Part shown: one piece after another, positions 1-12,055 of the stretch | Layout of the letters: the number at the start of each line of letters is the position of its first letter | Position numbering within the stretch: the first letter of the stretch is position 1 | NCBI GenBank assembly: GCA_043228905.1 | Contig: JBHGNT010000002.1 | Location: forward strand, 2,418,001-2,482,000 | Direction of reading: 5' to 3' | Length of the DNA: 64,000 nt | From: Azolla caroliniana | Taxonomy: Eukaryota > Plantae > Polypodiophyta | Made by a program: the position numbers and the translations under genes | Notes under the pieces: generated by a model | Told to the model about the DNA's origin: nothing | What the model saw: the letters and a program-made list of their open reading frames with translations, nothing else | The model's database searches: none

Positions 1-2284
1 TCAATTGCCTTTGATATGTACTTTGTAATTTCTGCAATACTGTAGACACTCTCTCTTTGTCTTCCTGCTGCTGCTTCTGGAGCTCCATCCGGACCTTCTC
101 CGCCTCTTCCAAGCATCTTGTATTTTCCGCCCGTTCGTCGACGATCGCCGTTGCGGCCCGATCAACTGCCTGCTGGAGCTCGGCCATCCGTTCTTTATGC
201 TCTATTTCCAGCCGTTTGTAGTTCCGGTGCAGGTGCTCAAAATCATCCGTCTTTTGCTTGAGCCGTGCGTTGATCTGACGACGGGCCCGGTCCTCGCAAT
301 CCTTCTGCTGGCGGAGCTCTTCCTTTAGCCGTTCTATCTCTGTTTCCGCCGTTTTCCGCAGCTTGTCCTTTTACTGCAGCACTTTATCTTTCTCCTCCTT
401 TAGCCGGTCGTACGCTTGATGGCCTTTCCGGAGGCTCTCCTCTGCCCGGCGGAGGTTCTCAGCAGTCTTCTTTAATTCGGCTTCGGCCGCCGTCTTCAAT
501 TCTCGTTCACGGCTCCTTAGCGCTTCTTGTGCGGCAAGTTCCTCTCTCAATTCCGCAAGCTCCCGAGCTTGCGCCGCATCTCTCGCCGGAACGGTTTCCG
601 TTGCCGGGGTCTTATTGGTATGTACAGGTCGATCCGTTTCATTATTCTGTACACTTACCGGAGTCACCGGTGATTGGATCCGTATTTTAGCCATCTCTGT
701 CGTGACCTGATCCAAATCTTTTCCAAGGCACCGGATTATGGATCGGGCCGTCTCTAGTTGTTCGGTTGTGACGAGCAACCGTTCGCTTTGCGCTCTTTCT
801 TCCGCCTCTATATACCCCACTGCTCCGGCTATCTGTTCGCCTATCCACCGGAGCCACAGGCTACCGGTGCCTTGTTGTGCTTGCACGGAGGTTTGATAGA
901 TGGGCTCACTTGTAGAGGGGTGGTCCCGCCTGGTTGCGCCGAGTTGCAGTTCCGTTTCTGCCCGTGGACCATCCTGCTGTCCTTGGTCCCCTTGCGCTTC
1001 TTCTTGGCTGACCGAGGGAGGCTGCAGTGACCTTTCCGGCTCTGGCGGAATGGGACTTGCCGGTGTTGTCGGTGGTGCCGGGGCTTCTGTTTCCGGTTCC
1101 TTCTGCACCGGTTCCGGTTCCTTCCTTGGCGTAGGAGTCTCAGTATGGGGAGCCGGTGTTCCCTCCGTCTGAGGGTCCGAACGATTCCCGGCTGTCTCAA
1201 CGGTCCTTGCCGACGACCGTCGCTGGAGGTGCTCCGTAGGCTCCTCCTCTATTTCCTCCTCCTGAGCTCCGGCATTGAGTTTTGCCGCCAAGGGGTCCAC
1301 TTCTCGATTCACCGGTCGGCGGAGTGTGACCTTTACGGGTCGTGCCGGTGGTTCCTCCTGCGCCTCCGTTGGGCGCTTCCGGCTGCCACTTCCTGTTGCC
1401 GCCTGGTCTGCATCCACCGCCTTTCCCTTACTGGCCTTAGAGGCCAACAGCTGTTGCTGTTTGGAAGCCGTCCTTGGGGTGCCGTTCGGCACTCTTCCTC
1501 GCTTCTTGCGCTGGACGGTCTGAACGGGTGGCACCAGCAGGGTGAGCCACTGCGTTACGGCGTGCCATATCCTTCGTCCGTCTCGGCCTTCTTTGCCGTC
1601 TTTGCCTCTGACGATCTCGATCGCCACACACAACCTGTCTGCAATCAATACTGGCCAATCCACCTTGATCCCTTCATAGGTGGCGATGATCATCCCTGCC
1701 CGGTTCTGCGGCATGACAGGGGGTCTAGGGTATACGTGGCCGTATTCATGGAGCACACGAGCAATTTCGCGGAACAGCATATCTCCGCCGCCCTGTGTCC
1801 GGTAGCCCTTGCTGGCTAGAGAGTACTCACCAAAATACCTGATGAGTTGCTCCGGGGTTGGATTGTCGATCGTGAGTATGCCTCCCTCCGGAAGGCCTGT
1901 TAACGCTCGAATCGCCTCTGCCGTTATGACCTCTGTATCGATTTCCTTGATCACAATGTCGGCTTCTTTGTGTGGCGGTACTTCCATCATCATCAGGAAG
2001 CCCTCGAGCCCGTGTTGCTTCAGCCATGTCTTGGCGGCTTCCGACAGCGTTTGCGGGTCCATTTCTATGTCGGGGTCGGACTGCGGTGGCGAGGATGGAT
2101 GGTGATGAGAGCGGGGTTGAGAAAGAGAGAGTTCAGAAGGCGGGGGTTCTTTGTGCGCAGGTTCTCTTCTGATAATCTTGCAGCGTTTCGGTGCTTCTGT
2201 GCTCCTGGGTTCGCGAAAATAGAGGGTCTCTACGCGCAATGGTTTTTGTCTGTGCATTCTGGCGCCTTTTTCGAGTTTGTGCAT
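1..2284 (-). CDS. Extra 3' ORF of the Gypsy element (N-terminal folded domain, Pro/Glu-rich linker, long coiled coil)
   Basis: 637-aa ORF 371-2284 begins about 150 bp after the integrase stop. The same frame stays open past the TAA at 371-373 to position 1 (KDKLRKTAETEIERLKEEL...). Confidence 0.75.
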
Positions 2285-2435
2285 GTCGCGTACTTAAAAT
2301 AGCATTATGTCCTGTGGTGGCGCTTTAAATGCCCACTACGTACCTTTTCGCTCCACGCTCTTTCATCCATTCATTCCTTGCTTTTGCATGATTGTTTTTT
2401 TTTTTTTTTCAGTTATTATTATTATTAGTGTGACG

Positions 2436-5400
2436 TCACATGTCCGTTGGTCCTCCCGGACCCTTACCAGCCACATTCTCTCCGGTTACCGGCTTGCCGT
2501 CTCTGCCGTCTTCGTGGTTGCCGTCGGTCCTTTTCTCAAACGGGTTCTTAGGCATCGGTCCTCTATATGCCTTTAACCGGAATCCATTCACCCATTTGCC
2601 CAGCACTTTGCCGGCAAGTGTCCCCAACTGGTAGGACCCATTATACTCCCGTGTTAGCCAATATGGTCCGGTCCATCTAAACCTTAGTTTACCCGGCATC
2701 TTGCCCATCCGGGTTTGGAATACTAGCACTGGTTTGCCAATTGCAAACATTTTTTCGTTACCTTTCCTGTGCCGGTCGACGAATGCTTTCTGTCGCCGTT
2801 GCTCTAATTCTAAATGTAGGATGTTGGCCAACCGTTGTTCCTCCAGCTCACACAGCGCTGTCAACCTTATTGTCTCCGACTCCTTCTCGTTCAGCCGTTC
2901 TCGTAGCTGAATCCATAAGCTAGGTACTTGAAATTCTACCGGCATGACCGCCTCGAGTCCGAACACCAACCGGAACGGTGTTGTTCGGATGCTCGTTTTG
3001 TATGCCGTCCGGTATGCCCAAAGCGTGCTATGTAGCTTTGTGTCCCAATCCGTCCGGTTCTCGTTGACGATCTTCCGAAGGATGTTCTGGAGCATCTTGT
3101 TTGTTGATTCCGTTAATCCGTTCGCCTGTGGATAGTAAGGTGTGCTTCGTTTGTGGACCACGACATAGAAGGTCGTTAGGCTTTCCACCACTTGTCCGAG
3201 AAAGTGCCCCCCTTGGTCACTTATCAATTCAATGGGGCATTCGTAACGGCACCAGATGTACTCATATAGAAACTTTGTCGTTGACGCAGCGGTGTTATCC
3301 CGTAAAGCTTTGGCCTCCACCCATTTCGTGCAGTAATCCGTAGCAACGATAACGTATCGATTACCTGTTCTCATTGCCGGTGGCTTGAACGGTCCTACAA
3401 AGTCCAGCCCCCACTTTTGGAATGGCTCGAGTGGTAGTACCGGCTGGTGTGGCATACGAGCCTGCTCTGTTGGCTGGCCCATTCTCTGGCATAGGTCACA
3501 TTCTTTTGCGTACCGTACCGCATCTCATAATGTCGTTGGCCACCATAGGCCACTTTGCCATATTTTTCTGGCTGTCGCATCTCCGGCATAGTGACCTCCG
3601 GCAACTCCGCAGTGGGCTTCCCTCAGTATCAGTTCCTTTTCATCGCTGCGCACCGCCCGTCTCCATATGCCGTCAACTCCCTTGTGGTACAGTGTGTCTT
3701 GCAGTAAGCAGAAATGTCGGCTTTGTACCGCCAGGCGTTTCCATTCGTCCCGGTTCAGCTCTTCCGGAGGCAGTCCTGTGCTCAGAAACTGGTGCATATT
3801 TGTGAGCCACTTGTCTTCCTGGGCTACTGTCTCATCTGTTGCCGTCTCCGTAGTGACTCGAAACAGCTCCGCATCCAGAAACTCATCCTGTACTCCGTCA
3901 CCCGTCTCTCCGGACTCCAATCGGCTTAAGTAATCTGCTACGGCATGCTATATACCGGGTCGGTGGAATATTTCAAACTCGAACTCCTGTAACAGTAAGG
4001 TCCACCGGGCCAATTTGTCGGTGAGTGACGCCTTGGACACCAGGTAAAGGAGTGTTGAATGATCTACATGGAAGGAAAACTTCCTTCCCAATAAATAGTG
4101 CCGAAACTTTGTCACACTGTAGATCATTCATAGAGCTTCCCGTTCCGTAGTAGAGTAGTTCCGTTCTGCTTGGGATAGCTTCCGGCTGGCATAGTACACT
4201 GGCCGGTACCACTTTGGTTCCGTAAGCTGCATCAGTACGCTTCCGATTGCGATGTCGGAGGCGTCCACGAACACGTGAAATTCTTTACTCCAATCCGGAG
4301 GTTGTACTACCGGTGCCTGCGATAATAGTACCTTGAGGGCCTTATACGCCCTATCCTCAGTATCGGTCCACTGGAATGGTGTCCGATGTACGGTGGCATG
4401 CAACGGTGTAGCCAGGTCGGCCAAGTATCAGAGCATCCGGCTGTGCCACCGGATCTGGCCTAAGAACCGGCTCAATGCCTTTGTCGTTGCCGGCGCCGGT
4501 GCTTCTAATATGGCTTTCACTTTGTCCGGGTCGACTGCTATACCTTCCTGGCTTACGATATGTCCTAATAAAGTTCCACTGGACACGCCAAATACACACT
4601 TTGCCGGATTCAAGCTTAGCCGGTACGCTCTACACTTTTCTAGACAAAGACGGAGATGCTGAAAATGGTCCTCCTCCCAGCTATAGACGGCGAAATCGTC
4701 AAGGAAAACCTGCATAAAAGCCAGTATATATTCACCAAAGATTTCCATGATGATTCTTTGAAACGTTGCCGGTGCTATTTTGAGTCCGAACATCATCACC
4801 ACGGCCACAAACACCCCCCATTCGGTGATGAATGTCGTTTTCTCTTGGTCATCGGGGTGCATCCGGATCTGATTATATCCGCTGAATCCGTCTAGGAAGC
4901 TATAGACCTCATGGCCGGCGACGACATCCAACACTCCATCTGTGAACGGAAGTGGAAATGCATCCGTTACCGTAGCCGCATTGAGTTTCCGGTAGTCCAC
5001 GCAAACTCGAATTTTTCCGTTCTTCTTCGGTACAACTACGATCGGGCTCAGCCATGTCGCTTTCTTTACCGAACGGATAAAGCCAACTCTTAGCAGTTTG
5101 TCGATTTCTTCCTTGACCTTGGCAGCATAATTGGGATTCATTCGGTACCGTCTTTGTGCCACTGGTTTTGCGTCTTTGCTCAAGTGCACTTGATGCTGGT
5201 ATAACTGAGGGTCGAGTCCTCGCATGTCTTCGTATGACCAGGCGAATACGTCGCGAAATTCCGTGAGAAGTGTTATCATCGCCGTTTTGTCTCCGGACTT
5301 CATCTCCTTGGCGATGTGCACCGGTTTTGCTTCGTCCGTGGTGCCTAAATTCACCTCTTCCAATTGCGATGCTTTCACGCGCTGTGAAACGGCCATTTCC

Positions 5401-8327
5401 CGTTCCAACGCTTACTGCGCTTGCCATAACTCCCGGATTGCATCTTTATCCGGTTCTGCTTCCGCCTCTTCCGGTTGCGGTAAGTACGGTGCTACGGCTT
5501 TGGCAATGTCAATTTCGAAGAGGGGTATGATCTTCGGGTTTTCCTGCAGGTATTGAGCTTCTTCTTCGTCCGCTAACCCTTCGAGCATGTTGACGCATTC
5601 CGCATACAACGGTGTACATTCCTTGCCAGTGCTCGTCCTTGGCTATGTTGGTACCCGTACCTTGGCTTTTCCTTGCCGGAAGGTAATTATATTTTTTCAC
5701 CAATTTTGTTTGATATGTGCCGTTTTCAACCATGGCCGCCCCAGCAATAGTGGGTATGTGCCTTATGCCTATAATTGTAGCACTACGGCCGAGATGTGAA
5801 ATGTATGCCCGTCGACGGTGACTTCTAATTTCCGTATTAATCCTATCGGCCGCACTGAGCTTGTATCGGCCATCCGCAACCAGAACGGACACGGCTCCCA
5901 CTCGTGGATTCCTAGATCCTCACACGTCCGGAGGCTTATTACATTTACCCCAGAGCCTCCGTCTATAACTGTGCCGGGGAGTTCTTTCCCTTTTACAATG
6001 GCAATGATTACTGGACTGCTGGTGTCTACCACTGTTGGTCCCTCCTTCGGATTCGAGAAGAGTACCGGTGACGGTGACGGTTCTCCTGCCGTCATGGCCG
6101 TCTTCAGTCCTTCCGTGAATCTAGGCACGAGTTGTAGGAGTCTCCCTAGTGGTAACGTAATCTGGCATTCTTGCAACGCCTGCCATGTCTCGTTCTCGAA
6201 GTGACTACCGCCGGCAAACCCTACGATGTTCTCCTTTTGCTGTTGTAAGTCTGTGACATTCTGCTCGTTTGCTTTCTTTACCCATTCCGTTGCTTGTTTG
6301 CGGATGGTCTCCTGTGTCTCCCATTCTTTGGCCATGCCCTTCGATCTTGTGGTCACCTGCTGCAGGTCTGCCACCTCAGGGACTACCATATTTACCGCCG
6401 GTCGTTTTTCATAGCTCTTCACCGGGCATTGGTTACTATAATGGCCTTCCTGTCTGTAGTAGTAGCAGTAGGCTTTCCGGGCATTGCTAGATTCGGCATT
6501 GTCTGTTGTACCCGAGGCAGGTCCTACGGTACGCGCGGGGTTTTGTATCGGTTGGCTACTTGGAGTGCCTTGTTCCAGGTCCCGGGGGTAGCCGCCTTTT
6601 TTAAAATGCCGTTTTTTGTTAAAGCTCTTCTTATTACGGTACTCTTGACGGGGTTGCCCATTATATCGGCCGTATTCCTCCCGTTGCTGACGATACCCGG
6701 GGCAGTGTTCCCGGTCGTACTGTTCGTATCGTCTATTGTAATCCTGGTGCCGATCATGCCGGTCATAGTTATCTCGCCGATCACCGTACCGGACATCATT
6801 TTCCCGTCGCTCGCCGTACCAGACATTATTTTCCCGTCGCTCGCCATACCGGACATCCTGTGCCGGTCGGTCACGGTCCATTCGCCGCCAGCGTTCGTCT
6901 TCTTCCTCCCGGCTGCTGCGTGGCTCAATTTGTCGGACGGGCGGTGCTTGCCGAGTCAACAGATTATACTCGCACCTATCCGTCGTATGGCTCTTGGACT
7001 GACAGATTACACATTGCGTCCTCATAGTACATTCTAGAGCCGAGTGTCTGGAATTCAAGCAGGTTGTGCACTGTATTGCTTGCCAAAACCGGAGGTCTTC
7101 ATCGGACGGTAACGCCCGTTGAAGTGCGCCCAGTGTGAGCCAGGAGCTTGTCTTTTCCATCTCTTTCACCCGGCCAATGACCTGGTCGATGGTACTTGTA
7201 CGGAAATCGATTACCGTGCAAACCGTGCGTAGGAGTTCCCGGAGCGCGTTTAGGAATATCGTTCGTAATTCCTCCTCCGGGGGTGCACGGGTAAGCTGAC
7301 TATGCATCCGTTGAAACCGGATGACAAATTGGGGAATGCTCTCCCCTGCCTCTTGCCGGATAGTATAAAATAAGCCTACCATTACGGTCTGGTCCACCTC
7401 CTTTTGAAAAAAATGCATGAATTTAGCTTTTAAATCTGCAAAGGTGTTGATGGTAGACGGGTCCTGCGTCCGGCACCATCTTGTTGTCGGTCCCTCCAAT
7501 GTGACGCCAAACTCTGCTATCTTAGAGCGTTCTTCTTCCTCCGGTGTCAATCGTTGGGACACATGGTTGGCTTCCCATGTCTGTTCAAATGCGTGCACAT
7601 GAGCTTCCGCGTCCGGATCATCTCTATACTTGGGGTACTGGAACGGCATGTCGTCGTCCAGTATCGGTGCGCGGGCTGGTAGTGTTGGTGCTCGTTCCGG
7701 AATTTTCTCCGGTGTCGGTGGTCTTTCCCGATTTGATTCCGGTGTCGGTTGTTTCCCTTCCGCTGGTGACGGAGGCCTCTCCTCCTCGACTTCCGGTGTC
7801 AGAGGTCGTTCTTCTTCTGCTGGTTCCGAGGGTTCCAGCGTTAGCACTTCCTGTTCCGATTCCGGTGTCGGTAAGGTATCCGATCCTTCGTCCTCCGGTC
7901 CGCCCGGGGTTTCGTTGCTACTACGGTAGTTCGTGTGCACGCTGTATTCCCCTTCAGAGTCCGATTCATATGCTGAAAAGGCCTCTCCTTCGCCTTCTCC
8001 GTTTGCCAACGCGTGGAGAAGGGATTCGGTTTCCCGGAGGCTGCTTAGGCTGCTGCCGTCGTCCGGGTGCGATGTTTGCTGTAACCAGTGGGAGTCCTCC
8101 GCTACTCTCCGGATTACGTTGGAAAACGAGCGATCCGCTCTAATTTCCTGCGCCGCTTGCTGGAAGGCCTCGCGTCTCTTTTGCCTTTCGGCAAGGCGTC
8201 GAGTTCGATCTGTAACTAGGTCGTGCGTTGATCTAGACATCCATCCGTGCCGTCGTTCGCTGCAAAAACTGGAATCGTGGTCACCAAAAACTGTGTTAAC
8301 TCTTCGGGCCGGACAATGGCCTAACAC
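2436..8327 (-). pseudogene. Gypsy gag-pol polyprotein interrupted by stops
   Basis: ORF pieces 5769-8327, 5412-5609, 4428-5408, 4128-4424, 3525-3920 and 2436-3482 share one frame. Motifs: CCHC-like knuckles, protease VIDGGSGVN, RT VCVDYRKLN and FLDDF, RNase H VDASD and NYSTTERE, integrase GLDFVGP, ISDQG and WTGPY. Confidence 0.92.
8275..8286 (-). promoter_or_regulatory. Primer binding site (tRNA-Arg-like)
   Basis: Minus strand TGGTGACCACGA just inside the LTR resembles the complement of a tRNA-Arg 3' end (TGGCGACCACGA). Confidence 0.55.
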
Positions 8328-8726
8328 AGGGTGTCTATGGGAGACACTTCACCGAAGGGTGTTACGGCAACCGGATTAGACTTCAACGCTTAATCCGACT
8401 TAATCAAGTTACTTATTAGGATCGTCTTCATAACACGCGTAAGATATAACAATTAAGACAGAACGGCAATTGACACAGAGATATAACAACACTTAAGCTT
8501 TCATTAATTAACCGCTAACTATTACATTGTATCCGGGCCTTTAAATAGGTTTCCGGTCTGTATTACAAAACGGTGCCATCCGCACCTGTTCGGGATCGGT
8601 CCGGATCCGGAACGGCATACCGATTCCGGTCCGTCCGTCCACACTCATAGCTTAATTACAACCACATTCCTACTACTTAATTAGCTCTCCGTTTCCCACT
8701 CTGGACTCCTTTGCCGGCCGGTAACA
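8294..8726 (-). repeat. 5' LTR of the Gypsy element
   Basis: Minus strand starts TGTTAC at 8726 and ends TTAACA at 8294 (or ACACA at 8292), followed by a short spacer and TGGTGACCACGA. The partner LTR is not in the window. Confidence 0.7.
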
Positions 8727-8805
8727 GCCATGGGATGAAAGAAAAGAGGAATAAGATATTAGTAGGAAATGAGAGAGACAAAAGGTAGGAAAAATCGGTT
8801 CAAAC

Positions 8806-9225
8806 TGTTAGGAACAGTACTAAGACAGAGAAGCAATTAGTACTAAAAGAAGTATTTGTACTAAGAGAGATGAAGAACTCTCGAGAGAAGGAAAGAGTGA
8901 GTGAGAGGGAGGGAGAGAGAGAGAGAGAGTGATGATAAGAAAAGATATATATTATGTGAAGGAAATGTACAGTAGCTAGGAGGCTTAAGACTGGCGTTGA
9001 ACCGATTTGGTTCGAAATAATGCCTTGTGCCTCCTTTTATAATGTTCTAAGGAATACTCCTGAAGTTTCTAGAATGTTCCAGAGAAATCTGGAATATACA
9101 TCAATTTTCTATAATAAAACATAAATGAAAACAATATTCTACGTATTACAATGTATAGCCTAATGGTCAAGAGCTCGACCCATGTAGCCTAAGGTCATGG
9201 GTTCGAGTCTTGCCATATCATGACA
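8806..9225 (-). repeat. Probable 3' LTR of a degenerate LTR element, containing a tRNA-like cassette
   Basis: Minus strand: purine tract TGAAAAGGCGG (9226-9236), then TGTCATG at 9225, TATA-like and CT-rich stretches, and a candidate end ...CCTAACA at 8806. The left boundary is uncertain. Confidence 0.5.
9156..9220 (+). other. tRNA-derived Pol III internal promoter (A box and B box); not an intact tRNA
   Basis: TAGCCTAATGG at 9156-9166 and GGTTCGAGTCT at 9200-9210, with tRNA-like spacing. The stems are degenerate. Confidence 0.6.
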
Positions 9226-9269
9226 CCGCCTTTTCAAAAGTGTGGTGTAGGGGTGAGCGAGAATTGGAG

Positions 9270-9566
9270 CACCAATGGACGTGAGTGACCATGTGCGGTC
9301 CTCACCGGAGACACAAACACCAACGGACGTGAGCGACCATGTGCGGTCCTCACCGGAGACACAAACACCAACGGACGTGAGCGACCATGTGCGGTCCTCA
9401 CCGGAGACACAAACACCAACGGACGTGAGCGACCATGTACGGTCCTCACCAGGAACTGGAACACCAACGGGCGGGAGCAACCATGTGCGGTCCTCTCCGG
9501 GAACATGAATACAAATAGGCGTGAGCGACCATGTGTGGCCCTCACCGAGAACTAGAACACCAACGA
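9270..9566. repeat. 48-bp tandem repeat, about 6 copies
   Basis: Unit GGACGTGAGCGACCATGTGCGGTCCTCACCGGAGACACAAACACCAAC starts at 9277, 9325, 9373, 9421, 9469 and 9517. Confidence 0.92.
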
Positions 9567-10367
9567 GCAAAGGAGTGCAAGTGAAGTGGTCGACTCGACC
9601 TCTTCTATCATGAGAGGGTAAATAGTCGAGGTTGACCCAAAACACGGCACAAATGGTAGCCCGGGCGAGAAACCGACGTGATCACCACCAGGAAAGTGAG
9701 TGGTTGTGACCCCCACTGATAGAAGGTGAGCGATCGAAATAGATCCTTGTCAAAAGAAAGTGGAGCAAAATGTAGACCAAAATGAAAATGGAGTGCAAGT
9801 GAGCAATGACTCGATCCCCACCATGAAAGTGAGTAGTTGTAACCCCCACGGAAACTCTGAAGGTGAGCGATTGATGATGTCAAAGAAAAGGCAATGAAGA
9901 CGATGATGATGAGAAAGCGTCTCTAAAACCAAGGATGTTGATGACGGTAGCTCTAGAAGCAAGGACTGTGACGATGGTAACTCTAGATGCAAGGGCGATA
10001 ACGAAGACGGGTGATGCTTCTAGTTGGAAGGGATTCAAACTATCATGGACACAGAAACCATGGACTACGATGGAGCATGGATGACGAGGCTACAATCGAT
10101 ATGTGGAACCGAAAGTGACGAGGCTATGAACTCTAGAAGTTGTGAGCGACAAGACTATGAACATAGGAATCTAAGGTTAATTGGAGAGCATGAAGACAAA
10201 TATGAAGATCAAGGAAACAATATGGTAGGAAATGAGAATACTAAATTGATGTGTCAATGACTGGTGTTGAATCCCTTGAAAGGGACCAAGGAGGTTACAA
10301 TTATTTATACAAGTTCTGAGATTGAATATCTCTAGAATATACCCCTCTAGAATACACCATAGAATAT

Positions 10368-10479
10368 TTCTAGAATACATAGTTAAAGCTAAAATATTCT
10401 GAAATATATTAGAGACATTCTTTGAGTCTAGCATATAATATATTTCAGAATATTTTAGCTTTAACTATGTATTCTAGAA
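10368..10479. repeat. Perfect 44-bp inverted repeat with a 24-nt loop
   Basis: 10368-10411 is the exact reverse complement of 10436-10479. Confidence 0.9.
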
Positions 10480-10569
10480 GGCTGTATATAACTATGTAGA
10501 AGGCTACAAAATTTACAATCAAAGAATGTTTTTAGAGACATAATTTAGGGTCTCATGAGTCAGTTCATG

Positions 10570-11130
10570 TAGTTCTTATGGATCTAGTTTTTTGTGATTT
10601 CATTCACTATACGATAATCCACTATCATGAGCATCCAATCGTTCTTGGTCTATCCTTGTTTGACCTTTACAACCCAAAGATTGATTGGAGAAAATGAGTT
10701 GTCCTAGAATCCTAAATCAACCACACATCTTACTTGCCTTTTAGTGCCTCGTCATATCTCAACAATCTCTCTATAAATGTTATCAAAAGAGAGACAAAAA
10801 GAAGAAATGTTTATATTTGCAAAAGTACCAATGTTTATATTCCACAAATGTCAGAAGCCTAACTTCTAAGTATCAAGAACTCAAAGATGTCTTTGATAAA
10901 GATAATGCTAGTAGTGTGCTTGTAGAATATCGACCATATGATTGTTCTATCTATCTTCAACGATGCAAAGACCCGTTCTGCGGATCAATTTATAATCTAG
11001 TGCCATTAAAGCTCAAGGTTTTGAGAGAATATATCGATGAGAATTTGACAAGTGGATTCATTCAACATTCCAAATCTCCTACTAGCTAATCAATCTTCTT
11101 TGTTAAGAAGGAAGATGGAATATTATGCCA
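10570..11130 (+). mobile_element. Degenerate chromovirus-type (Tcn1-like) Gypsy protease-RT fragment
   Basis: PIVLGLSLFDLYNPKIDWR (protease C-terminus), then YQELKDVFDK...RPYDCSI...IYNL...LREYIDENLTSGFIQHSKSP...FFVKKEDG (start of RT). Confidence 0.75.
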
Positions 11131-12055
11131 ACACTCTTTCATTTTCTTGTAGAACTAACTTTTGGCTACAATGAGACTCTTGAGAATTGACTACATCTAG
11201 GGTACCATTACTTACATGATTTTTTTCTTGTGAAACACCCTAAATGTATTATTTGAAATAGGATACTAAGTGCAATGAGTTGCAAATGTTAAATAAGGAA
11301 GAGTGAGAATTAATAGTAATTATTGTGAATCTAAACTAAGAAAAGACATTAAAAAACTCTTCACGGTTTTGTTTTAAGCCACTTACTTCTTAAAGATGAC
11401 CTTATAATGTTGACATAAAGCATTTCCACAAGACGATGAGTGCAAAAAGGTTAATGTTAACAAACTCTTCACAATTTTAGCTTGAGATATCAAGAAAAGA
11501 AACAAATTTCTCCTAGAAACTGGATTTCAAAAACAATATTATTAAATATGAACACACATCATCAGCATTTCAAAACATGAACAATGAATGAAAATAAGAT
11601 TATCCAAGCTCCACAACCAAATGTCAATTTGCTATAGAGGAGAAACATGTCAATACCAACATGGGGAGTTGATGATATGTTCTTCTGCATAGTTTTGCCA
11701 TGCTTGCTCCGCTATTCTACTCAAAATTTTCATACCTATTGTCTAATCGTCTATCTTCAAATTTGGTCCAATGTCATGTTGTTGATATACCCACTTAGGA
11801 AATAGTGTTCAATGGTGTGCCATGGTATGATAAATGGGTTGTTGCTTGATTTTCCCCATGGAGTACCATAATATGGTCCTTATAGAGAGGCCGGTACGAC
11901 ATACATATCATTACTATTATCGCAAGTTTGCACGGGGTTGTTAAATTGTGTAAACGGTACATCTATGAAAATTGAATGGAGTATAAATGCAACCATTTTT
12001 GTCCAATGTGAGTGGAAATTGTCTCCTTACCAAGGTGTTGTTCTTGTATATTTGT

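Larger units (their letters stand above)
1..8726 (-). mobile_element. Ty3/Gypsy LTR retrotransposon, non-chromovirus (Athila/Tat-like); 3' end lies outside the window
   Basis: 5' LTR 8294-8726, PBS, gag-PR-RT-RH-INT in Gypsy order in one frame with several point stops, then an extra sense ORF. No chromodomain after integrase and no extra RNase H visible. Confidence 0.93.

Noticed and set aside
758-8379. Many plus-strand ORFs over the Gypsy element (and over Copia D at 16776-21878)
   Set aside because: Antisense shadows of GC-rich coding frames with no recognisable motifs.
9150-9225. Functional tRNA gene
   Set aside because: Acceptor, anticodon and T stems do not pair well; only the A and B boxes are retained.
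9270-9566. 48-bp array as a CRISPR
   Set aside because: Units are head-to-tail with no unique spacers, there are no cas genes, and the context is eukaryotic. The same applies to the 26-, 54- and 172-bp arrays.
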